Assembly (NCBI RefSeq): GCF_000148645.1 | Contig: NC_014541.1 | Span: 1,867,139-1,883,138 of the forward strand | Length of the DNA stretch: 16,000 nt | Origin: Ferrimonas balearica DSM 9799 | GTDB lineage: Bacteria; Pseudomonadota; Gammaproteobacteria; Enterobacterales; Shewanellaceae | Direction: 5' to 3' | Part shown: piece by piece, positions 1 through 6,787 of the stretch | How the letters are laid out: each line of letters begins with the position of its first letter | Numbering within the stretch: position 1 is the stretch's first letter | Notes under the pieces: generated by a model | The model's input: only the letters and a program-made list of their open reading frames with translations | What the model was told of the DNA's origin: nothing | Databases searched by the model: none | Program-made: the position numbers and the translations under genes

Positions 1-48
1 TGCTTGCGCCTGTTCCTGCTGATGGGCGGCCAGATCTACGGCATGTGA
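1..48 (+). CDS. 3' end (truncated by the window edge) of a second NrfD/PsrC-family membrane subunit gene
   Basis: The in-frame translation CLRLFLLMGGQIYGM* matches all 15 C-terminal residues of the NrfD-like ORF ending at 6735. The nucleotides differ only at synonymous positions. The gene continues upstream of the window. Confidence 0.7.
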   Translation, partial: CLRLFLLMGGQIYGM

Positions 49-57
49 TCAACGGCG

Positions 58-77
58 CCGGGGACCACCGTCCCCGG
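58..77 (+). other. Stem-loop between nrfD' and nosL' (7-bp stem CCGGGGA/TCCCCGG)
   Basis: Inverted repeat read directly from the sequence. It has no real T-tail, so it is not a classic terminator. It sits at the same position as the hairpin at 6744-6765. Confidence 0.35.
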
Positions 78-100
78 TTCCAAAGAAGAGGAGAGAGACG

Positions 101-613
101 ATGCGCAAAGGATGGGTTGTTGTGGCGGGACTGGTGGTGGCAGCGTGCTGCCAACATTCGCTGCCGGAACCGGGTCCTATCCATGCCCAGATTCAGCAGC
201 AGGACCGCTGCCACCTGTGCGGCATGGTGCTGGTGCGCTATCCCGGCCCCAAAGGCGTTGCGGAGCTGGCCACCACGCATCAACTGAAGTTCTGCTCCAG
301 TCGTGACCTGTTTGCCTTCCTGCTGCAGCCGGATAAAGGGCGGCAAGTGGTGGAGGCGCTGGTGCATGACATGAACCGCAATGACTGGCATCAGCCACAG
401 GACCAGTTTGTTCGTGCAGTGGACGCCTGGTACGTCTACGGCTCTGACCGGCCCGCCGCCATGGGTCCAGCGCTGGCCAGCTTCGGTACCGAGCTGAGTG
501 CGCAGCGGTTTGCGGATCAGTATGGCGGGCAGTTGCTGCGGTTTGATCAGATATCCCTGGCGTTACTGAGCGGGGATATGAGGGCAGCATCGGGCGGCAG
601 AAAGCGACACTGA
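101..613 (+). CDS. nosL: NosL-family copper-chaperone lipoprotein, paralogue 1
   Basis: 170-aa ORF preceded by a GAGGAG-type RBS. It has a lipoprotein signal with lipobox VVAAC and the CHLCGM motif typical of NosL. By eye it is roughly 75% identical to the NosL-like ORF at 6788-7300. Confidence 0.85.
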   Translation: MRKGWVVVAGLVVAACCQHSLPEPGPIHAQIQQQDRCHLCGMVLVRYPGPKGVAELATTHQLKFCSSRDLFAFLLQPDKGRQVVEALVHDMNRNDWHQPQDQFVRAVDAWYVYGSDRPAAMGPALASFGTELSAQRFADQYGGQLLRFDQISLALLSGDMRAASGGRKRH

Positions 614-1035
614 CAACGACAGGGGGCGGAAAATTGGTGCCATTCTGAGGGCTTCGCCGTGGGGCAGGGCGCCGAATGGCGTTGTGAACGGGCTGTTTCC
701 TCGCGGTTGAGTCGAATTTGCAGTGCAAAAAATGAGCGGAACAAAAACGATACTCACAAAGACGTTCCAATTAGAGCCTTTGATGACTGATGGAGGCTAA
801 AAAGCGCGCTAAAAAAAGCTCAAAAGAAAAAGTCTAACGTGTTGAAAAATAACCTTTATAAGTGGTTTTAGACGTCAGGTTTGGCCTGATGAACTCAATG
901 CGGGGAAAAGTGTGAGATCAGGCGGTTTCTGCGTCTTCTAGCGGTGCTTCAATGCGCTCACCTTCTCGAGGCCAGCCATGGGAACCGTAGATGTCATACG
1001 GGGCAAGGCCCGGGAGGGACATAAGAAATTAGGAG
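614..1035 (+). promoter_or_regulatory. Long non-coding leader/promoter region upstream of the octahaem gene
   Basis: 422 bp with no credible ORF. The AT-rich core (about 720-880) contrasts with GC-rich flanks. A5-A7 tracts at 799-803, 811-817, 822-831 and 845-849 recur at roughly helical-turn spacing. I could not place a confident -35/-10 pair. Confidence 0.4.
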
Positions 1036-1041
1036 ATGTTG

Positions 1042-3060
1042 ATGAAAACTTGGAAACTCCGGGCGACCGTTGTGGCCATGATCGCCGGCACCAGCGTAGC
1101 TGCCTACGCAGCCGATGCGGCAAAAGGTCCCAACCCGAAGATGTCCCCGCAAGCTCAAATGATTATGGACAACCCTGACGGCACCCTCGAAGAGAAAGGT
1201 GTTCGTACCCTGCACGACTACATCGTCCAGGAAAAAGAGTTGTTTGAGTTCCTGTTTGAAAATCACCCGATTTTCAAAACCTACGGCCCGGAAGGCCGTA
1301 TGCTGGGTACTCCCCATATCAGTGACCGTGGTGAAGAATACCTGCACACCGGTAACTCCGAGAAGTACTCCGCCGAGAAAGGCCGCCCGACTGCGGTTCA
1401 GTACCGTCTGGGTTCCAAATCCATCCTGGACTACCCGAACAAGTTCGTTGGTCCTGAGAAGTGTGGTGAGTGTCACGCGGTTCAGTACGAGAAGTGGAAG
1501 CGCTCTCGTCACGCCAACACCATCCGTTTCCCGGATGAAGTGGTTGAAGCCCCGAACGGTGACTTCCACGCTGGCATGTACGGCTCCAAAGCCTCCATCC
1601 TGCCGATGGGTATCACCCCGGACGCCATCTACGGCGTGATTGGTACTCCGCGTACCAAGTACGGCTTTATCGACTCCTACCTGGTACGTGGTACCTACCA
1701 CGTTAAAGACGGTCTGCTGAAAGACGGTACCGGTACCCTGATCGCTGGTGGTAACCAGTTCTCCCGTAACTGGGCTGAGTTCCTCACCCCGGAAATGGTG
1801 AAGAAGATCAACAAGGCCATCCCGGAATTCCCGGTAGTGATGGACGACTACGGCAAGATGGGCTCTGAAGTTTGGGGTGTGAACTCTTACGGTTCTACCT
1901 ACAAGCAGAAGCTGCTGTTCCAGCCGGCTTCCTCCTACTGTGAGGTTTGCCACACCTTCAAGTTCGACTTCCAGAACGAAGACGAGTTCTTCGCTGCCCT
2001 GGGTAACCCGGAAGAACTGCGTAAGCACACCATCTCCAAGGGTGTGGCTTGTGAAGAGTGTCACGGCGCCGGTGCTCACCTCGACGGTGGTGTGGGCAAC
2101 ATGCAGTCCAACTGTGAACGCTGCCACCAGCGCTTCGACTACACCCCGCAAATCGCAACTGGTCCGGATGCCAAGCCGGAAGACGCGTTCGGCGTGAAGA
2201 TGAAGGGTGCGTGTCCGTCCTGTGGTACCGAAGGTTCCCAGATGTTCGGCTCTGCTCACTACGATGCTGGTATGCGTTGTACCACCTGTCACGATCCGCA
2301 CGAAGTGACCGATGGCAACTACCTGTCTGGCTTCACCAAGACCAAGCAGAAAGTTGACTGTGCCAGCTGTCACGAAGCTCAGGCTGAGATCCACGCTCAG
2401 TCCAAGCCGCACGGTGACAAAGAGTGTTCCTCTTGCCACATGCCCAACATGGGCTCCTGTGAGAAGTTCACCTCCATTCAGTTCTCTGACCACGCTGGTT
2501 TCGACAACGTACGTGCTTCCCACGTATGGAACATCGACATCCACCCGACCCGTAAGACTCTGAACCCGGCTGAAGGTCAGCCGCGTGACGGTACCGGTAA
2601 AGACTGGACCATGGCCAAGGACGAAGAGGGTTACACCTACCTCGACCTGATGTGGTCTTGTGCCCGTACCTCTGCCTCTGACCGCAACGTGGTTAACGGC
2701 AAAGGCTGTCACAGCCAGTTCCAGTCCGAACTGGACGAAGGTCTGCACTTCCAGGATCAGATGGAAATCTACGGTGAAGTGACCAAGTGGCAGGAGCCGA
2801 TCAAAGCGACCCACGCCAAAGTGCTGAAGTCTCTGGAGCGCATCGAGCAACTGCTGAACGTGACCCGTCTGTCTAACTCCGACAAAGCTCAGGTACTGCT
2901 GATGGCTGACAAAGCCCGCGACGCCGTAGCCAAGATCGAGAAAGACGGTTCCTGGGGTGTTCACGGCTTCGACTACTCCAAGCGCATCATCGAAGACGCT
3001 TGGATCTACGTCCAGGAAGCTCAGGCCATGCTCGACAACGGCGACTACGTCGGCGAGTAA
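1042..3060 (+). CDS. sirA: Octahaem cytochrome c, MccA/SirA-type dissimilatory sulfite reductase
   Basis: Sec signal peptide ([25 protein letters not shown]). Seven CXXCH motifs (CGECH, CEVCH, CEECH, CERCH, CTTCH, CASCH, CSSCH) plus [18 protein letters not shown], a CX15CH at nt 2659-2712. Only three non-haem Cys are present. Codon usage is strongly optimised (cgt, ggt, tcc, acc, ctg). AGGAG at 1031-1035 favours the ATG at 1042 over the ATG at 1036 used by the ORF track. Confidence 0.9.
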   Translation: MKTWKLRATVVAMIAGTSVAAYAADAAKGPNPKMSPQAQMIMDNPDGTLEEKGVRTLHDYIVQEKELFEFLFENHPIFKTYGPEGRMLGTPHISDRGEEYLHTGNSEKYSAEKGRPTAVQYRLGSKSILDYPNKFVGPEKCGECHAVQYEKWKRSRHANTIRFPDEVVEAPNGDFHAGMYGSKASILPMGITPDAIYGVIGTPRTKYGFIDSYLVRGTYHVKDGLLKDGTGTLIAGGNQFSRNWAEFLTPEMVKKINKAIPEFPVVMDDYGKMGSEVWGVNSYGSTYKQKLLFQPASSYCEVCHTFKFDFQNEDEFFAALGNPEELRKHTISKGVACEECHGAGAHLDGGVGNMQSNCERCHQRFDYTPQIATGPDAKPEDAFGVKMKGACPSCGTEGSQMFGSAHYDAGMRCTTCHDPHEVTDGNYLSGFTKTKQKVDCASCHEAQAEIHAQSKPHGDKECSSCHMPNMGSCEKFTSIQFSDHAGFDNVRASHVWNIDIHPTRKTLNPAEGQPRDGTGKDWTMAKDEEGYTYLDLMWSCARTSASDRNVVNGKGCHSQFQSELDEGLHFQDQMEIYGEVTKWQEPIKATHAKVLKSLERIEQLLNVTRLSNSDKAQVLLMADKARDAVAKIEKDGSWGVHGFDYSKRIIEDAWIYVQEAQAMLDNGDYVGE

Positions 3061-3069
3061 GGCACCATG

Positions 3070-3093
3070 CAGCCCCGGCGCAAGCCGGGGCTG
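3070..3093 (+). terminator. Intra-operon stem-loop immediately after the octahaem gene (partial terminator or mRNA stabiliser)
   Basis: Perfect 10-bp stem CAGCCCCGGC/GCCGGGGCTG with a GCAA loop, followed by ATTTGAGG (weak T-tail). It lies 10 nt after the stop codon and 15 nt before the next start. Confidence 0.45.
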
Positions 3094-3108
3094 ATTTGAG
3101 GAGCACAG

Positions 3109-3531
3109 ATGAACGCTTTGTTTAAAGCCCTGGCCATTCTGGCCTGCCTGTTAAGCCCCACTGCCTTGGCAGGGGCGGGCGGTGAGATGCGACCAGCGCC
3201 GGTTTATGAAACCGAAATCAACTACATGAGCTTGGCCCAGGCCGAGCAACGACTGGGGAAACCCGGGGTACTGTTCTACGACGTTAACGTGCTGGAGATC
3301 TGGGCTGACGGATACATCCCGGGTGCCATTCACTTCTTCGTCGACAACTGGAAAGACCTGCTGCCCGAAGACAAGGACGCCGAGATGATTTTTTACTGCG
3401 CCAATCGCCTCTGCAACGCCAGTGAGATTGCCGCACACGCCGTCAAAGCCATGGGCTACACCAACGTCAGCCAGATGCCGGACGGAATTTTTGGCTGGAA
3501 GATGTCTGGCCGCGTGATTGAGAAACCCTGA
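3109..3531 (+). CDS. Periplasmic single-domain rhodanese-like protein
   Basis: GAGGAG RBS and a signal peptide ending ALA/GAGG. Rhodanese hallmarks are YDVN..E.WADGYIPGAIH, the active-site loop region FYCANRLCNAS and the C-terminal GYTNV...DGIFGW motif. It occupies the sirB position in the Shewanella-type gene order. Confidence 0.85.
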   Translation: MNALFKALAILACLLSPTALAGAGGEMRPAPVYETEINYMSLAQAEQRLGKPGVLFYDVNVLEIWADGYIPGAIHFFVDNWKDLLPEDKDAEMIFYCANRLCNASEIAAHAVKAMGYTNVSQMPDGIFGWKMSGRVIEKP

Positions 3532-3559
3532 TTACACGTTCAAACCAAGAGACAAGATT

Positions 3560-4339
3560 ATGAAATTCTTCTGCAAACGTTCTTTGGCCGCTCTGGCTGT
3601 CAGCTCCGCTCTGTTCACTCTGCCGGCTCTGGCCGCAGACCTGGAAAACGAGTCCTACAGCATCGGTGCGTCTTTCGGTAAGTACCTGTCCGGCCAGCTG
3701 GAAGGTCAGAAAGAGCTGGGTCAGGAGATTGACCTGAATTCGCTGATGGACGGTGTGGAAGATGCACTGAAAGGCGAAACCAAGCTGGAGCCGGAAGCGA
3801 TGCTCGACTTCCTCAACGCTCGTGCTGAACGCCTGAACACCGAACTGAAAGCCAAGCAGCAAGCTGAGATGGACGCTGCCAAAGCCGCCAACGACGCCTA
3901 CCTGGCCGAGAACGCCCAGAAAGAGGGCGTGGTCGTCACCGAGTCCGGTCTGCAGTACCAGGTGCTGGCGGAAGGCGAAGGCGAGAAACCCTCTGCGGAA
4001 GACGTGGTGACCGTCCACTTCAAAGGCTGGACCATCGACGGTTCCCAGTTCGAGAACACCTACACCAAAGGCGAGCCGGCGCAGATGAGCCTGATCCACA
4101 CCATCCCGGGCTGGGAAGAGGGTGTGCAGATGATGTCTCCGGGTGCCAAATACCGCTTTGTGATGCCGTCCAACCTGTCTTACGACATTCAGGACCCAAA
4201 GGCCGCTATGGCGCCGCACTCCGCTTTGATTTTTGAAATCGAGCTGATCTCCTTCACCGAGCCTAAGGCCGGTAACTTTGGCCACGGTGCTTCCATGGGT
4301 GGCGGCGCCTCCATGGACGAGATGCTCCAGGGCGAATAA
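3560..4339 (+). CDS. Periplasmic FkpA-like FKBP-type peptidyl-prolyl isomerase with a Met/Gly-rich C-terminal tail
   Basis: Signal peptide MKFFCKRSLAALAVSSALFTLPALA/AD. The N-terminal helical region is like the FkpA dimerisation domain. The C-terminal FKBP domain reads GLQYQVL..G.G..P...D.V.VHFKG.TIDG..F.......EP......IPGWEEG...M..G.KY. I used the start at 3560, downstream of the ORF-track start at 3518, because it gives a canonical signal peptide. Confidence 0.85.
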   Translation: MKFFCKRSLAALAVSSALFTLPALAADLENESYSIGASFGKYLSGQLEGQKELGQEIDLNSLMDGVEDALKGETKLEPEAMLDFLNARAERLNTELKAKQQAEMDAAKAANDAYLAENAQKEGVVVTESGLQYQVLAEGEGEKPSAEDVVTVHFKGWTIDGSQFENTYTKGEPAQMSLIHTIPGWEEGVQMMSPGAKYRFVMPSNLSYDIQDPKAAMAPHSALIFEIELISFTEPKAGNFGHGASMGGGASMDEMLQGE

Positions 4340-4384
4340 GCCAGTTTCAGCCAACCCGATCGGTCGATGATGTTAGAGGTTCCG

Positions 4385-5041
4385 ATGACCCCATTAGCTT
4401 TGCCCTTGACGGCTCTCCTGTTATGCGTCTGCGGGATCTTCGTTCTGCAACACCAGCGGTGTGCGGTTCGGATGCCGTCACCGGGCAAAGTGTTCCCAGT
4501 GGTCCTGATGTCTACTCTCATCCTCCCTGCAATGACCCTCTACGGCCAGCTGGGCCGCTATGGGGATTGGGACCAGGGCAACGTCGATCATCGGGTTGGC
4601 TACCTATTACAAAAAACCATCAACGAAGACCGCTTGGCGCTGGATGCCAACCCCAATAGCCCCGAGCGATACCTGAAACTGGCCCGAAGCCACGCCGCAG
4701 GCGGCCAGTATGAGCAGGCGGTCACCGTGATGGATCAGCTGCTGGCACTGACCACACCCCAGCCAGCTTGGCTGGGACTCAAAGCCAGCTACCTCTACTA
4801 CCGCGATGGTCGTGCGTTCGGCGAGGACGCACGGGCACTGGTGGAGCAGGCCCTGGCCCTGGACAGCGCAGACGTGAGCACACGGATGTTTCTGGCCAAC
4901 CAGGCCTACTTAAGTGGCCGCTACGAGGAGGCCATCGGGCATTGGCAGGTGCTTTTGACCAGCAACAAAGATGACGTCAACCGCGCTGCCATCGGTAACG
5001 CCATCTCCCGGGCTCAGGCCCGACTGGTCGAAGCGCCCTGA
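4385..5041 (+). CDS. CcmI (E. coli CcmH C-terminal domain) / NrfG-like TPR apocytochrome chaperone (haem-lyase accessory)
   Basis: Two N-terminal TM helices are followed by TPR repeats. The segment ALVEQALALDSADVSTRMFLANQAYLSGRYEEAIGHWQVLL aligns closely by eye with E. coli CcmH C-terminal [36 protein letters not shown]. An AGAGG RBS favours the ATG at 4385; the ORF-track start is 4367. Confidence 0.8.
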   Translation: MTPLALPLTALLLCVCGIFVLQHQRCAVRMPSPGKVFPVVLMSTLILPAMTLYGQLGRYGDWDQGNVDHRVGYLLQKTINEDRLALDANPNSPERYLKLARSHAAGGQYEQAVTVMDQLLALTTPQPAWLGLKASYLYYRDGRAFGEDARALVEQALALDSADVSTRMFLANQAYLSGRYEEAIGHWQVLLTSNKDDVNRAAIGNAISRAQARLVEAP

Positions 5042-5077
5042 CAACCCGACCCCATCAATAACAACGAGGATGATGAT

Positions 5078-5788
5078 GTGAACCAACTGAAGCTACACCG
5101 GCGCCAGTTCCTGCAGGGGATCGGTGTTGGTACTGCGGCGGTGACCCTGGCGGCGTGCAGCAGCACCGAGGAGGGCGCCGACGGCGAGAAGCGCCCTCAC
5201 TACGTGATGATGTTCGATCAGACCAAGTGCACCGGTTGTGGCCGCTGTAAAGATGCCTGCAACGAAGCCAATGACCTGCCGGAAGGGATGGCGCGCCTGA
5301 CCCTGGAGCGCCAGTCCGACCGGGTTGAAGGTGCGGTCTGTCCGACCTGCGGCAAAACCGAATGTCACTGTGACCGCAAGTACGTGCGTGTCTCGTGTCA
5401 GCAGTGTCAGAAAGCCCCTTGTGTCATGGTGTGCCCGACCGGCGCCGCGTACCGCGACGAGAAAACCGGCATCGTCACCATGGATGGCAGCAAGTGTGCG
5501 GGTTGCAAATACTGCATCGGCGCGTGCCCCTACAACGCCCGTCAAATCAACGACAACACCGATGTGGCGGACAACTGTGACTTCTGTCTGCACTCCAAAC
5601 TGGCCAAAGGCGAGTTGCCGGCGTGTGTGCAGGCCTGTCGTTACGACGCCCTGGTGTTTGGCGATGCCAATGACCCGAACAGCTACGTGGCCCGACTGCT
5701 TGCGGTGAAAAACACCCAGCGCATTCGTCCGCACCTGGGCACTGAGCCCAGCCTGCGCTACGTCGCCAAACTGAAGCCGGAGGTGTAA
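5078..5788 (+). CDS. sirC: NrfC/PsrB-family 4x[4Fe-4S] ferredoxin subunit with a Tat signal
   Basis: GTG start with a GAGGA RBS and the twin-arginine motif HRRQFLQGIG. Four canonical cluster motifs are present: CTGCGRCKDAC, CQQCQKAPCVMVCP, CAGCKYCIGACP and CDFC...CVQAC. An extra CPTCGKTECHC lies between groups I and II. Confidence 0.9.
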   Translation: MNQLKLHRRQFLQGIGVGTAAVTLAACSSTEEGADGEKRPHYVMMFDQTKCTGCGRCKDACNEANDLPEGMARLTLERQSDRVEGAVCPTCGKTECHCDRKYVRVSCQQCQKAPCVMVCPTGAAYRDEKTGIVTMDGSKCAGCKYCIGACPYNARQINDNTDVADNCDFCLHSKLAKGELPACVQACRYDALVFGDANDPNSYVARLLAVKNTQRIRPHLGTEPSLRYVAKLKPEV

Positions 5789-5790
5789 GC

Positions 5791-6735
5791 ATGAACGGCA
5801 TCGATTTTTCTACTGGCCTTGGCGGCACCATCGCCTGGCCCTGGCCGATTGCGGTTTACCTGTTCTTCGCCGGTATCTCTGGCGGTGCGCTGACCGTCGC
5901 CATGCTGATGCGCATCTACAAGCAACAAACCGAGAATACCCCGCTGCTGAAAGCGGCCGGTGTGGTGTCCGTTGTGACCATCATGCTGGGTATGCTCTGT
6001 CTGGTGCTTGACCTGACTAACCCGTTGTTCTTCTGGAAGATCCTGGTCTTCTATAACTTCAACTCGGTGATGTCACTGGGCGTAATCGTTCTGTGTCTGT
6101 ACATCCCGCTGACCATGGTGATTGCCGCCTTTGCTCTGCGTGATGAACTGGCCAAGATCCCCCAGATCAGCTTCCTGGTGCCGTGGATCGACCGTTTCGT
6201 TGGCCTGCGCCGTCCCTGTGAGTGGGTGGGTTTGGTCAGTGCGGTGGCGGTGTGTGCCTACACCGGCTTCCTGATCTCCGCTCTGGTGCGCTTCCCGATC
6301 ATCAACTCCTCCATCCTGCCGGCGCTGTTCGTGGTGTCCGGTCTGTCCGCCGGTACTGCGGTGGCCAAAGCGGTGGCGGTGAAGTTCTTCGGTGAAGACC
6401 TGCACAGCAAAGAGATGCACCTGCTGCACGGTGCCGAGTGGCCGATTATGGCGGTCGAGGCGATGTTCATCTTCATGCTGTTCTCCGGCCTTATCTTCGG
6501 TGACGCTGCCGGCAATGCGGCCATGGCCGCGTTCTCTGAAGGTGTCTGGGGTGCCCTGTTCTGGGGTGGTGTGGTTGGTTTGGGCTTTATCCTGCCGCTG
6601 GCGTTTAACTTCGCCTTCGGTCACAAGTTTGCCCACTCTGGTCGCGCCTTTTACATGACCTGCTTTAGTGTGGTCAGCGGCATGATGTGTCTGCGTCTGT
6701 TCCTGCTGATGGGCGGTCAAATCTACGGCATGTAA
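5791..6735 (+). CDS. sirD: NrfD/PsrC-family integral membrane quinol-interacting subunit
   Basis: 314-aa highly hydrophobic protein with about 8 predicted TM helices. It starts 3 nt after the FeS gene stop, the typical NrfC-NrfD pairing. Confidence 0.9.
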   Translation: MNGIDFSTGLGGTIAWPWPIAVYLFFAGISGGALTVAMLMRIYKQQTENTPLLKAAGVVSVVTIMLGMLCLVLDLTNPLFFWKILVFYNFNSVMSLGVIVLCLYIPLTMVIAAFALRDELAKIPQISFLVPWIDRFVGLRRPCEWVGLVSAVAVCAYTGFLISALVRFPIINSSILPALFVVSGLSAGTAVAKAVAVKFFGEDLHSKEMHLLHGAEWPIMAVEAMFIFMLFSGLIFGDAAGNAAMAAFSEGVWGALFWGGVVGLGFILPLAFNFAFGHKFAHSGRAFYMTCFSVVSGMMCLRLFLLMGGQIYGM

Positions 6736-6743
6736 GCCGTTTC

Positions 6744-6765
6744 GCCGGGGGCGTTTGCCCCCGGC
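6744..6765 (+). other. Stem-loop between the NrfD-like gene and nosL (9-bp stem GCCGGGGGC/GCCCCCGGC, loop GTTT)
   Basis: Perfect inverted repeat read from the sequence with no T-tail. It sits at the boundary between the reductase module and the Cu-maturation module. Confidence 0.4.
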
Positions 6766-6787
6766 ACAGTTGTTCTGGAGTTTTGTG

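Larger units (their letters stand above)
1..613 (+). repeat. Copy A of a diverged direct repeat (nrfD 3' end + hairpin + nosL)
   Basis: Aligns colinearly with 6688-7300. The NrfD tails are identical at protein level and the NosL proteins are about three-quarters identical. Long conserved nucleotide runs occur, for example caggaccgctgcca.ctgtg.ggcatggtgctggtgcg. Confidence 0.8.

Noticed and set aside
779-926. FNR-like (TTGATgactGATGG, 779-792) and CRP-like (TGTGAgatcagGCGGT, 911-926) sites upstream of the cytochrome gene
   Set aside because: Only one half-site matches the consensus in each case. The level of match is expected by chance in 400 bp.
994-2964. 656-aa ORF on the minus strand spanning almost the entire octahaem gene
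   Set aside because: It is a shadow frame of a highly codon-biased + strand gene. The translation is low-complexity (V/T/G/R/H-rich), with no motifs, no RBS and no signal. The + strand product has unambiguous haem motifs.
1036-3060. Calling the multihaem cytochrome NrfA, octahaem tetrathionate reductase, ONR or Hao
   Set aside because: There is no CXXCK motif (NrfA). The haem count is 7 CXXCH plus 1 CX15CH, and the neighbouring NrfCD, FKBP and TPR genes match the MccA/SirA pattern. This remains unverified without a phylogeny.
3467-4354. 295-aa minus-strand ORF, together with similar antisense ORFs at 5093-5734, 6073-6795, 6674-7450, 7867-8541, 8994-9413, 9470-10282 and 10330-10902
   Set aside because: Each fully overlaps a + strand gene that has clear family motifs. 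Their translations are Arg/Gly/His/Gln-rich and non-protein-like, so they are GC-driven open frames.
6747-6762. Identical 16-nt core GGGGGCGTTTGCCCCC in the hairpins at 6747-6762 and 12614-12629, a possible REP-like repeat family
   Set aside because: There are only two copies in the window, and the sequence is a generic G5/C5 stem with a GTTT loop. That is not enough to claim a dispersed repeat family without a genome-wide count.
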